This document shows positions 53,683-63,116 of a stretch of 64,000 nucleotides of DNA, in pieces. Position 1 is the stretch's first letter. The number at the start of each line of letters is the position of its first letter. Under the pieces are notes generated by a model, which saw only the letters and a list, made by a program, of their open reading frames with translations, did no database searches and was not told where the DNA came from. Position numbers and translations under genes: made by a program. Origin of the DNA: an uncultured Collinsella sp. Lineage in GTDB: Bacteria > Actinomycetota > Coriobacteriia > Coriobacteriales > Coriobacteriaceae. The DNA is taken from NCBI GenBank assembly GCA_900542315.1, contig UQMV01000006.1:4211-68210 (forward strand), written 5' to 3'.

Positions 53683-55074
53683 ATGACGGTGGATTTAAAC
53701 AGGCTGATTCTGGGCAAGAGCTACAACTCTACCAAGGTCTTTCGTACGGCCCAGCATGTGGTCCAGGCCATCCTGCTCGGTGTTGTCGTTCCGGCGCTTA
53801 TCCTGCTGCTTATCTGGGATTTAACCGATAATCCCAATCCCGTTCCGGGCGTTGTCGTTATTGCCGGCCTGGTCATGCTGTGCTTCTTTTTCTCGTATGT
53901 CTTTGTGGTCCCCGACGACCTCACATCGAGCGCAACCGACCGTACGCTCGCCATCGCATCAAAAATATTCGCCTACACGTCGCGTGGTCTTACGCCCGAA
54001 GCGGCCCTGGGCGCCTCTAAAATTATCCTGTCCGAGACCATCGCCTCTGCCATCTGCTTTACCGATGGCAAACAGGTGTTGGCAAGCTGGGGCGAGGACT
54101 CGGCAAAGTGCCCTGCAGGCACCCCGGTCGTGCTCAAGACCACGCTCAGTGTGATTGAGACGGGCGAGCAGAGCGTGTTTTCGCGTGACACATCCAATGA
54201 GACGGGCGGCTATTTTCCCCGCCTGCGCGCCGGCATTGTCGCGCCGCTTACCGTGCGCGGACATTGCGTGGGTACGCTCGAGCTGTACTATCCCCGCCTG
54301 AGCAGCATTGATATGCGCCAGACGGCGTTGGCCTCGGGCTTTGCCGATCTAATTTCCACGCAACTCGCGAGCTTTGAGCTCGAGCGCCAGGATGAGCTCA
54401 CAGCCCGCGTTGAGCTTCGTGCCCTGCAGTCGCAGGTCGACCCGCATTTTCTGTTCAATACCATTAGCACGATCGTGTCGCTCGTTCGAACCGAGCCCGA
54501 CAAGGCGCGATCGCTGCTGATCGACTTTTCCAATTATTACCGTCAGACGCTTTCTGACTCCGATACGCTCACCACGCTCGAGCACGAGGTGGAACAGGGC
54601 ACTCGTTATATCAATCTTATGCAGGCCCGGTATGGCGACGGCCGTCTGCGCGTTTCGGTCGACATCGACTTTGAGGTGCGCGACAGCCTGGTACCGCCGT
54701 TTATCTTGCAGCCGCTGCTCGAAAACTGCATCAAGCATGCGCAGCGCGAGACCGAGCCGCTTTCTATTCGTGTTAGGGCTTTTGAGACCGATGACGGCTT
54801 GGAGATCATCGTCGAAGATGACGGCATCGGGATGAGCGAAGAAGTCTGTGCGCATCTGTTTGAGCAGCATCGCCGAGAGGAGCCCGAGAGCATTACCGCC
54901 GACGGTTCCGTCAAGCGAGGTTGCGGCCTGGCGCTCTTCAACGTGCTTCAGCGCATCCATTTCTTTTACGGAGAAGATTCTGGCATGCGCGTGAAGTCCC
55001 AGGAGGGCGTGGGAACGCAGGTCATCGTTGAGTTGAACGGCGAGCCGCATGAGCCGGCGCCGCTAACGGTGTAG
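53683..55074 (+). CDS. sensor histidine kinase, LytS/YehU family (two TM helices, GAF domain, His_kinase and HATPase_c)
   Basis: HPHFLFNTISTIVSL H-box; ATPase motifs in the C-terminal part. The RBS-supported start is at 53683. Confidence 0.8.
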   Translation: MTVDLNRLILGKSYNSTKVFRTAQHVVQAILLGVVVPALILLLIWDLTDNPNPVPGVVVIAGLVMLCFFFSYVFVVPDDLTSSATDRTLAIASKIFAYTSRGLTPEAALGASKIILSETIASAICFTDGKQVLASWGEDSAKCPAGTPVVLKTTLSVIETGEQSVFSRDTSNETGGYFPRLRAGIVAPLTVRGHCVGTLELYYPRLSSIDMRQTALASGFADLISTQLASFELERQDELTARVELRALQSQVDPHFLFNTISTIVSLVRTEPDKARSLLIDFSNYYRQTLSDSDTLTTLEHEVEQGTRYINLMQARYGDGRLRVSVDIDFEVRDSLVPPFILQPLLENCIKHAQRETEPLSIRVRAFETDDGLEIIVEDDGIGMSEEVCAHLFEQHRREEPESITADGSVKRGCGLALFNVLQRIHFFYGEDSGMRVKSQEGVGTQVIVELNGEPHEPAPLTV

Positions 55075-55112
55075 CGCGCGGTTGGATTGAGAGAAAAAGA
55101 GGGGAAGCGCAT

Positions 55113-55847
55113 ATGTCCGAAGGCTGGAACATCCTGGTGGTTGATGACGAGCCCCCAATTAGGGCTGAGCTACGCTATCTGTTGGAAAAGGATACGCGTG
55201 TGGGTCAGATTGCCGAGGCGGGCAATGTCACCGAAGCCGTGGAGTTGATTCTGTCGAACAAGCCCGACGTGCTGTTTTTAGACATTACCATGCCCGGTCG
55301 CTCGGGAATTGAGCTTGCCGAGACCCTGCAAAACCTAAAGAGGCCGCCGGTCGTGGTGTTTGTGACGGCATTTGCCGAGTATGCGGCCGATGCCTATAAC
55401 CTCGATGCTGTCGATTATGTCGTCAAACCGGTTGAGGATGCCCGCCTGTCAAAGGCGCTCGACAAGATCGAGACTGCCCTGGGCGCTCGCCGTGTCGTCC
55501 ATACTCCGCGCCAGCCTTTGCGCCTGACGGTAGATCGCGGGGGCAAAAAGGTGTTCATTCCCGTGGCGGATGTCTGCTACTTTGAGGCGCGCGCCGATTT
55601 TTGCAACGCCGTCTGCGCCGAGGGGACGTACCTGATCAATGAGTCGATTTCCTCGCTCGAGCGTCGCCTGGCCTCCGAGGGCTTTATCCGCGTCCACCGC
55701 AGCTATCTGGTTAATTTGGAAGACGTGCATAATGTCGAGATCGGCTCCACGGGCCTGATGGAGCTCAGGCTCGACCGTGTGAGCTCGACGGTGCCCGTTT
55801 CACGCCGTCGCGCTGCCGAGGTCAAATCGCACTTGGGGCTTGCGTAA
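55113..55847 (+). CDS. LytTR-family response regulator
   Basis: Receiver domain (ILVVDDEPPIR...DVLFLDITMPG) plus a LytTR DNA-binding domain. Confidence 0.85.
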   Translation: MSEGWNILVVDDEPPIRAELRYLLEKDTRVGQIAEAGNVTEAVELILSNKPDVLFLDITMPGRSGIELAETLQNLKRPPVVVFVTAFAEYAADAYNLDAVDYVVKPVEDARLSKALDKIETALGARRVVHTPRQPLRLTVDRGGKKVFIPVADVCYFEARADFCNAVCAEGTYLINESISSLERRLASEGFIRVHRSYLVNLEDVHNVEIGSTGLMELRLDRVSSTVPVSRRRAAEVKSHLGLA

Positions 55848-55938
55848 GGGTCGGTGCGCCATCGTTTGCCGTTGCAGGTTTGGTATGACTGTGCGGTGGG
55901 CATAATGGATTGCACCGAATGAAATCGAAAGGATTATT

Positions 55939-56883
55939 ATGCCCGCGCTCATTACGCATCATCTGTTTGGCGAGGAAAGCATCGACCGTCTTCCGCAGGG
56001 CGTTATCACGTCCGACGAGGAGCGCATCGCCTTTATCCTGGGAAACCAAGGTCCCGACCCGTTCTTCTTTCACATGCTCACGCCGCGCATCTCCGACTGC
56101 ATGTCGCTTGCTCAGGTCATGCACCGCTCGCGCATGTCGCGCCAGTTCTCGTGCCTGCGCGACGGCGTGTCGCACCTGCAGCCGCGCGATGCCAACCTGG
56201 GCCGGGCCTTTGCGCTGGGCCTGCTGTCGCACTATGTGCTCGATCGCAATGCCCACCCCTTTGTCTACGAGCAGCAGTTTGGCATTGTCGAGTCCGATCC
56301 CGAGCTCGAGGCTTCGGGCAGTCAAGTTCATGCCGTGCTCGAAAGCGACTTGGACGTGCTGATGCTGCAGCTCAAGCGCGATGGGGCAACGGTCGAGGAT
56401 TATCCGCCGGCGGGCGAGATCGTCACCACCGATCGCATCAACCGTGTGGCCGGCGTGCTGATGAGCTATGTTGCCGGACGCGTGTACGGCATCGATATCC
56501 CGGTGGGGGAGTACGGCGGCGCCGTAGCTGACATGCAGCTGCTCTACCGCACTATCGAGCCCGCCGGTTCGGCCAAGACGCGCGCGATTGCCCTGCTTGA
56601 GGGCTTGGTGCACGATTATTCGCTGCTCGACGGCCTTGCGCACCGCGTGACGACCGAGCTGCCCGAGCGTACCGGCAACCTGGGCCACTTGGCATGGAAG
56701 AACCCCTTTACCGATGAAGTCTCGACCGAGAGCTTCCCCGAGGTCTTTGACCGCGCGCTGCTCGATTACGAGCTCACCGTCGCCCGCTTTATCGAGACCG
56801 GCGATATGGAAGCCGTGACCAACCACGTCAATTACAGCGGTCGCGTGCTCGGCGCCGACGAAGAGTTCGACCGCGAGGAGTAG
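55939..56883 (+). CDS. zinc-dependent phospholipase C-like family protein (putative)
   Basis: MPALITHHLFG N-terminus and a His-rich metal-binding pattern. Confidence 0.5.
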   Translation: MPALITHHLFGEESIDRLPQGVITSDEERIAFILGNQGPDPFFFHMLTPRISDCMSLAQVMHRSRMSRQFSCLRDGVSHLQPRDANLGRAFALGLLSHYVLDRNAHPFVYEQQFGIVESDPELEASGSQVHAVLESDLDVLMLQLKRDGATVEDYPPAGEIVTTDRINRVAGVLMSYVAGRVYGIDIPVGEYGGAVADMQLLYRTIEPAGSAKTRAIALLEGLVHDYSLLDGLAHRVTTELPERTGNLGHLAWKNPFTDEVSTESFPEVFDRALLDYELTVARFIETGDMEAVTNHVNYSGRVLGADEEFDREE

Positions 56884-56984
56884 GGCTCGTGCGTGCCCCT
56901 TTGCCGAATCCTTACCGGTGCCTCTGGACAATTGGGGTACGATGAACTAACTGCATATCGGGCGAATACGAAGGGGCCCTGTCC

Positions 56985-58235
56985 ATGAAATACACCAAGC
57001 TCGAGCGTAACTGGGTTATGTACGATGTGGGCAACTCGGCCCTCGTGCTGCTCAATACCTCGGTGGTGCCCATCTACTTTAACGCCATCAATACCGGCGC
57101 TTCTTCGGCCGACCTCGTGGTCGCCTGGGGCAACGCGCAGACGATCGCCTCGCTGGTCATTGCCATGCTCATGCCCATTCTGGGCGCGCTTGCCGATTAC
57201 GCCGGCAACAAGATCAAGTTCTTCTTGGGCTTCTTCCTCACGGGCCTGGTTCTTTGCCTGGCGCAGGCTATCCCCATGTCCGCCATGGCATTTTTGACCG
57301 TGTACGTGCTGTGCACCATCGGCCTTAACTCTTCTATGACATTCTACGACGCCATGCTGCCCGACATTACCACCGACGAGCGCATGGACGCCGTGTCCAG
57401 CTCGGGCTATGCCTGGGGCTACATCGGTTCCACCGTGCCGTTCATCATCTGCCTGGCGCTTATCATGGGTGGCCCCGCTCTTGGCGTCCCCACCATGCTG
57501 GCAACGCGTCTGTCGTTTGTCATCACCGGTGCCTGGTGGCTCATCTTTACCCTGCCGCTCATTCGCACCTATAAGCAAAAGTACGGTCGCGAGCGCGGTC
57601 CCCAGGACACCATCGGCCACATCGTGGGCGGCGTGTTCTCCGAGGTCGGACACACCATGCGCGAGATCGCCCACAACAAGACCGTGCTGGTCTACATGAT
57701 TGCGTTCTTCTTCTACATCGATGGTGTGCACACGGTCATTTCCATGGCAACCAGCTACGGATCGGCTCTGGGCATCGACTCGACCCAACTGGTGCTGGCG
57801 CTGCTCGTTACGCAGTTTGTGGCCTTCCCGTCCGCCATCATCTACGGCAAGCTCGCCGGTCGCGTGGGTACACTCAACATGATCTTGGTGGCCGTCGCCG
57901 CCTATATGGGCATCGTGCTCTTTGCCGCGTTTTTCTTGAAGACCGCCTTTGAGTTTTGGGTGCTCGCTATTTTGGTCGGCCTGTTCCAAGGCGGCGTGCA
58001 GGCGCTGAGCCGCAGCTACTTCGGTCGTATTATCCCTAAGGAAAAGTCCAACGAGTACTACGGCTTCTTCGATATCTTTGGCCGTTACGCAAGCGTTATG
58101 GGCACCTTCCTGGTGTCGGTTGTCACCTCGCTGACCGGCAACCCGTCGCTGGGCGTTCTTTCTATTGGCGTTCTGCTGGTTGTTGGCTTTGTGCTGCTGG
58201 TCCGTCTGTCCCGCATGGCTCAGGCGGCGGCGTAA
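56985..58235 (+). CDS. MFS transporter (UMF1/Atg22-like)
   Basis: 416 aa with 12 predicted TM helices. Confidence 0.7.
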   Translation: MKYTKLERNWVMYDVGNSALVLLNTSVVPIYFNAINTGASSADLVVAWGNAQTIASLVIAMLMPILGALADYAGNKIKFFLGFFLTGLVLCLAQAIPMSAMAFLTVYVLCTIGLNSSMTFYDAMLPDITTDERMDAVSSSGYAWGYIGSTVPFIICLALIMGGPALGVPTMLATRLSFVITGAWWLIFTLPLIRTYKQKYGRERGPQDTIGHIVGGVFSEVGHTMREIAHNKTVLVYMIAFFFYIDGVHTVISMATSYGSALGIDSTQLVLALLVTQFVAFPSAIIYGKLAGRVGTLNMILVAVAAYMGIVLFAAFFLKTAFEFWVLAILVGLFQGGVQALSRSYFGRIIPKEKSNEYYGFFDIFGRYASVMGTFLVSVVTSLTGNPSLGVLSIGVLLVVGFVLLVRLSRMAQAAA

Positions 58236-58417
58236 GGCAACCGGGCTCAGCACAGCAATTGTGCCTATCTGCAGTACTCTTTTGGAAGTAGCCGCATAAA
58301 TCATTCTGACTTCCGAACAATGTTTAGCCCAAGTGGGTATGATGGAACCAGCTAGGTCGCGGGGCGTCGCCTGTGTTTGGCGGCGCCCCGTTTTTGTGTT
58401 GCAAGGAGGGTAAAGGT

Positions 58418-59605
58418 ATGAACGCCACGGTTGTGATCCCAACATATTGGGCGGGCGATGATACCCAAGCAAACGCTCCCGGCACCTACGATCACTCGAC
58501 GTCGCTCAATGCTGCCAACCCGGAACTCGATCGCTGCCTGACTTCGCTCGAACAGGTGCGCGACATTCCGCGCATCATTCTCTTGGTGGTCTGTCCGGTT
58601 TCTGCCACGGCCGACGTATCCCATCGCGTGCACGAAATCGTTAATGCGCATCCCACGCTTAAGGTCACCATCGTTACCAATACTCAGGCTTCGCGTGTTG
58701 CCGACCGCGTGGCGCAGATCGCGCCCAAAGGCTCGGGCGAGTGCGTGAGCCTGCGCGGCTACGGTGCCATCCGCAACATGGGTCTTGCCTGTGCGGCGGT
58801 GCTGGGGCACGACGCGGTTGTGTTTTTGGATGACGACGAGACCGTCATCGATGCCGACTTTATGAAGCGTGCGACCTATGCGCTGGGCCAACAGACGCGT
58901 CAGGGCCTGCCGATTTTAGTCAAGAGCGGATACTTTTACGATTGCGACGGGTCGCCGCTGGCTCCCACGGACAAAGTGGGCATTTGCCATCGCTGGTGGA
59001 CCAAGCGTATCGAGTTCAATCGCTGGATGAAAAAAGCGCTCTCGGGCACCCGCATCTCGCGTTCCAATTACGTGTGCGGCGGCCTGATGGCCCTACACGC
59101 CCGCGCCTTTACGCGCGTGGCCTTCGACCCGTTTATCACCCGCGGCGAGGATCTGGACTACCTGTTTAACATGCGCATGTTCGGCTATGACGTGTGGTTC
59201 GATAACGAGTGGACTGTGCGCCACCTGCCGCCCGAGTCCGAGAAGCGCTCGCCGCGCTTTATGCAGGACGTGTACCGTTGGTACTACGAGCGGGCCAAGC
59301 TGACGTTCGCTGCGCACCAAAAGGAGCTCGTTCCGGTTACGGCCGCATCGCTCATGCCCTATCCGGGTCCGTGGATCTCGCGCGAGCTCGACGACCGCGT
59401 GCGCAAGACCGCCATGGTTCGCAGCGTGTTTACCCGCGAGCACGAGGGATATCTGCGCATCTGGCGTCACGGTATTGACGAGGCCAAGACCTATGCCCGC
59501 CAAAACGCCGCAAGCTACCTGCGTTTTCAGAGTTTCTGGCCCAAGATCATGGATGAACTTTGGCGCGACGCACAACTGATTAGCATCCTGGAGGGGGCTG
59601 AATGA
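58418..59605 (+). CDS. putative glycosyltransferase-like protein (GT-A fold)
   Basis: An N-terminus with VVIPTYW and a DDDE acidic motif; AAGGAGGG RBS; assignment is weak. Confidence 0.35.
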   Translation: MNATVVIPTYWAGDDTQANAPGTYDHSTSLNAANPELDRCLTSLEQVRDIPRIILLVVCPVSATADVSHRVHEIVNAHPTLKVTIVTNTQASRVADRVAQIAPKGSGECVSLRGYGAIRNMGLACAAVLGHDAVVFLDDDETVIDADFMKRATYALGQQTRQGLPILVKSGYFYDCDGSPLAPTDKVGICHRWWTKRIEFNRWMKKALSGTRISRSNYVCGGLMALHARAFTRVAFDPFITRGEDLDYLFNMRMFGYDVWFDNEWTVRHLPPESEKRSPRFMQDVYRWYYERAKLTFAAHQKELVPVTAASLMPYPGPWISRELDDRVRKTAMVRSVFTREHEGYLRIWRHGIDEAKTYARQNAASYLRFQSFWPKIMDELWRDAQLISILEGAE

Positions 59606-60945
59606 TCGACCGCCGCGCCCAGCGCGATAATTCAATTTCAATCTTTCGCATCATCGCCGTTGTCTGCGCCGTTTGCGTGTTGGTGTACTTTATCTTTGCC
59701 CTGGCGACTGGCATTGAGCCGATTGCCACGGTGATCGCCTGTGCGCTGCTGTGCATCTTCCTGTGCATCTTTATCTATTTGACGCTCAATCCCGATTCGG
59801 TACGCTCCCAGTACACCGAGGAGACGCTCTCGGTTGCCTCGGCCATGCTCGAGGACATTAAGGGCGGCCTGACGCAGGAATCGGCGCTTTTGGTGTGCCG
59901 GCGTATTCTGCCCGAGACACGTGCCATGACCGTTGCCATCACCGATGAGAGCAACGTGCTGGCCTGCGCGGGCGAGTTCGAGGAAAAGCTGCTGCCCGAT
60001 TCGCCCATCCATACGCTTGCCACGCGCTACGTCATTGAGCACGGCATCGTGCAGTCGTTCAACCGCGTGGTGGACGTGGTGGGTTCGGACGGCTCGCACA
60101 ACCATGTTCCCGCCGGTATCATCGCGCCCATCAAGGTGGGCGACCGCACCGTCGGCACGCTCAAGTTCTACTACAAGACCCCGCGTGCCGTCGACCGTAC
60201 CCAGTATGCGCTCGCCTCGGGTTTTGCCGAGATCCTGTCCACGCAGCTCGCCATCCACGAGCTCGAGGTGCAAAAGGAACTGACGGCCCGTGCCGAGGTG
60301 CGTGCCCTGCAGGCGCAGATCAACCCGCACTTTCTGTTCAACACGCTCAACACCATCGCGTCGTTTACGCGTACCGACCCGCTGCGTGCCCGCGAGCTGC
60401 TGCGCGAGTTTTCCTCGTTCTATCGCGCCACGCTCGACAACTCGGGGTCGCTTATCCCGGTCTCGCGCGAGGTTGCCCAGACCAAGCGCTACCTGACGTT
60501 TGAGAAGGCGCGCTTTGGCGAGGACCGCGTACTGGCGACCTTCGATGTCTCCGAGGATGTCGAGGACACGTTGGTCCCGGCCTTTGTAATCCAGCCCATT
60601 GTCGAGAACGCTGTGCGGCATGGCATGGGCGATGGCGATGCCCTGCAGATCGATGTGACCGTCCATCAAGACGGCGACGACGCAATCCTGATTGCCGTGG
60701 CCGACAACGGCGTGGGCATGGACGAGGGCACCGCCGCCAGGCTGTTTGATGAGCGCTCCGCCCGCCCCGATGCCAGTTCCCCGCAAGGCGGCGGCGCCGG
60801 CGTGGCCATGCACAATATTTCTGAGCGCATCCATCGCTTTTATGGACCGCACTCTTATACGCGCGTCGAATCGGCGCCGGGCAAGGGCACCAAAGTGCTC
60901 CTGCATCTTGATTTGTCAGAGAGCATCTTTGACATTCAAGAGTAA
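59602..60945 (+). CDS. sensor histidine kinase, LytS/YehU family (paralog of 53683-55074)
   Basis: Same architecture with H-box NPHFLFNTLNTIASF; its start overlaps the upstream stop. Confidence 0.8.
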   Translation: MIDRRAQRDNSISIFRIIAVVCAVCVLVYFIFALATGIEPIATVIACALLCIFLCIFIYLTLNPDSVRSQYTEETLSVASAMLEDIKGGLTQESALLVCRRILPETRAMTVAITDESNVLACAGEFEEKLLPDSPIHTLATRYVIEHGIVQSFNRVVDVVGSDGSHNHVPAGIIAPIKVGDRTVGTLKFYYKTPRAVDRTQYALASGFAEILSTQLAIHELEVQKELTARAEVRALQAQINPHFLFNTLNTIASFTRTDPLRARELLREFSSFYRATLDNSGSLIPVSREVAQTKRYLTFEKARFGEDRVLATFDVSEDVEDTLVPAFVIQPIVENAVRHGMGDGDALQIDVTVHQDGDDAILIAVADNGVGMDEGTAARLFDERSARPDASSPQGGGAGVAMHNISERIHRFYGPHSYTRVESAPGKGTKVLLHLDLSESIFDIQE

Positions 60946-61017
60946 AATAAAAGGCTATGGGCTCAACGCCAAGCGGCGGATGCCCAGCGTAGTTTGTTGA
61001 CGAAAGGTTTAATCCCT

Positions 61018-61734
61018 ATGCTGCGTGCGATGATTGTGGATGATGAGGCCCCGGCCCGTTCGGAACTTCGCTTCTTGCTCGAGCAGACGGGCAAGATCGG
61101 CACGATCACTGAGGCGTCGAGCGTCCGCTCCGCCATTGAGATGTTGATGGAAAGCCGCGTCGATGTCGTATTTCTCGATATCTCGATGCCCGGCGCTTCT
61201 GGTCTGCAGCTTGCCGAGGCGCTGCATAAGCTTAAGAATCCGCCGGCGATTGTGTTTGTGACCGCGTATAGCGATCATGCCGTCGAGGCGTTCGACGTAG
61301 ATGCCGTCGATTACCTAATGAAGCCGGTTGAGGAGGCACGCCTGGATCGCGCGATCGAGAAGGTCATGCAGCACGCCAAGCCCGTCACGGACAGCAAAGC
61401 CACCATCGAGCGCATTCCGGTGGAAAAGGGCGGCCGTAAGGTCCTCATCCCCGTGGATGACATTCGCTTCATCATGGCCAAGGACGATTACTCCTGCATC
61501 TATACCGTTGATGATCGTTTTCTATCGACGACTTCGTTGGCGCAGTTCGAGGCCAAGCTTTGCGACTTTGGCTTCTTTCGCGTTCATCGCCGCTATATCG
61601 TCAACTTGGCGTGCGTCACAGATGTCGAGACGGTGCCCTCGGGCGCTATCCAACTGGGCATTACGGGCGTCGACGAACGCGTGCCGGTCTCGCGCCGCCG
61701 CGTCGTGCCGCTCAAGAAGGCCCTGAGCCTCTAG
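61018..61734 (+). CDS. LytTR-family response regulator (paralog of 55113-55847)
   Basis: Receiver domain (MIVDDEAPARSELRFLL) plus a LytTR domain. Confidence 0.85.
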   Translation: MLRAMIVDDEAPARSELRFLLEQTGKIGTITEASSVRSAIEMLMESRVDVVFLDISMPGASGLQLAEALHKLKNPPAIVFVTAYSDHAVEAFDVDAVDYLMKPVEEARLDRAIEKVMQHAKPVTDSKATIERIPVEKGGRKVLIPVDDIRFIMAKDDYSCIYTVDDRFLSTTSLAQFEAKLCDFGFFRVHRRYIVNLACVTDVETVPSGAIQLGITGVDERVPVSRRRVVPLKKALSL

Positions 61735-61825
61735 CACACTGGCCCCGCAGCCCTGTAGACCAATTGTCTGCGGAGCCGTGGGGCTTTTTGTATATACGTC
61801 GAATCGGTTTTGCAGAAGGGATCCC

Positions 61826-62293
61826 ATGAACAGTGCAAGCGCCAAGCGCATCGACATCATCTCGGACACCCACGGCTATCTTTCGCCCGCGCTTCTGGAC
61901 GAGCTCAAGGGCGCAGATTTGATCATCCACGCCGGAGACCTCACCTCAGAGATGGATTACGAGCATCTATGCACCATCGCCCCCGTGCGAGCGGTCCTAG
62001 GAAACAACGACTACTACCGCGACTACGGCCCGGATGTAGACCGTCTGGCCCTCTTCACCTACGAAGGACTCAAATTCGCCGTAGCCCACTACCGCGAAGA
62101 TCTTCCCGTGGGATCCGTAGACGTAGCCATTAACGGTCACACCCACGTAACCAAAGAAGCCCAAGTAGGCCGCTGCCTAGTCCTCAACCCCGGCAGCGCC
62201 AGCTACCCCAGAGGCACCAGAGGCCCCACCATGGCCAGAATGCTCGTCAAGGACGGCAAGATCCTCAGCACCAAATTTATTGACTTGGACTAA
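61826..62293 (+). CDS. metallophosphoesterase (YfcE-like)
   Basis: DIISDTHG, GD...GNND, GHTH motifs. Confidence 0.8.
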   Translation: MNSASAKRIDIISDTHGYLSPALLDELKGADLIIHAGDLTSEMDYEHLCTIAPVRAVLGNNDYYRDYGPDVDRLALFTYEGLKFAVAHYREDLPVGSVDVAINGHTHVTKEAQVGRCLVLNPGSASYPRGTRGPTMARMLVKDGKILSTKFIDLD

Positions 62294-62300
62294 CCGCAAC

Positions 62301-62339
62301 AAAAACGGGGGATGCAGATTGCATCCCCCGTTTTTCTTT
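62301..62339 (+). terminator. rho-independent terminator
   Basis: aaaaacgggggatgca-gat-tgcatcccccgttttt plus a T-run. Confidence 0.65.
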
Positions 62340-62725
62340 GAGCCAAAGGCCGAAGTTCAACAACAGCCATCAGACAACCCCGCTGAGGAGAACGGGGACC
62401 TCGAGCCGCGGAAGCGGCGAGGAACAACAACGACTCGAACAAAGTGACGGCGGGGAGGGTCTCCGGGGCTGGGGGCGGGGGTTAAGTTTGTCGCGAGTTC
62501 CGCACGCAAAGGAAAGCACTTAATGTGCTTTCCGTCTTGCGCAGGACTGTAGAGCAGCAAACTTAACCGCCCCGCCCGGCGGGCGAGCGCAGGGATACGA
62601 CATCTGTCCAACAATTCGTGTGAAACACAATGAAAAACCGTTTGATGTGAGTTAATATAAACAACGTCGTGAATCTGACTCCTGCCACATGCATGGCAGG
62701 GGTTAAACACAAAAAGGAGTCAATT

Positions 62726-62989
62726 ATGGTTTCTGAGAAGGCTACCCTCGTTAATCCTCAGGGTCTGCACATGCGTCCGGCTGGTCTGTTCGCCTCCACC
62801 ATGGGCAAGTACGCCTGTGACGTGACGGTCGTCACCCCCGAGAAGGAGGTCAACGGCAAGTCCCCGATGGCCCTCATGGCTGCTGGTATCCCCTGTGGTA
62901 CCGAGGTCGAGGTCAAGTGCGACGGCGCCGACGAGGCCGAGGCTCTGGCTGCTGCCATCGAGCTCATCAAGAGCGGTCTTGGCGAGTAG
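62726..62989 (+). CDS. ptsH: PTS phosphocarrier protein HPr
   Basis: 87 aa beginning MVSEKATLVNPQGLHMRPAG, with the His15 and Ser46 (KS) motifs; AAAAAGGAG RBS. Confidence 0.9.
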   Translation: MVSEKATLVNPQGLHMRPAGLFASTMGKYACDVTVVTPEKEVNGKSPMALMAAGIPCGTEVEVKCDGADEAEALAAAIELIKSGLGE

Positions 62990-63116
62990 AACTCAAACGG
63001 GTCGCATGTTGAACAACTAAGTTCATATTTGGGGGCGCAGTGACCTGTTCTAAGGTAGCTGCGCTCTTTTGTCATGGATATGGCAAAACGCTTTATCACA
63101 TGACACGGAGAGAGGA

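Noticed and set aside
52245-53717. 490-aa minus-strand ORF
   Set aside because: Antisense to the amidohydrolase gene.
56832-60906. Minus-strand ORFs of 546 and 422 aa
   Set aside because: Antisense to the MFS transporter and the second histidine kinase.
62338-62523. 61-aa ORF in the ptsH leader
   Set aside because: It overlaps nested inverted repeats, has no RBS, and is more consistent with structured non-coding sequence.
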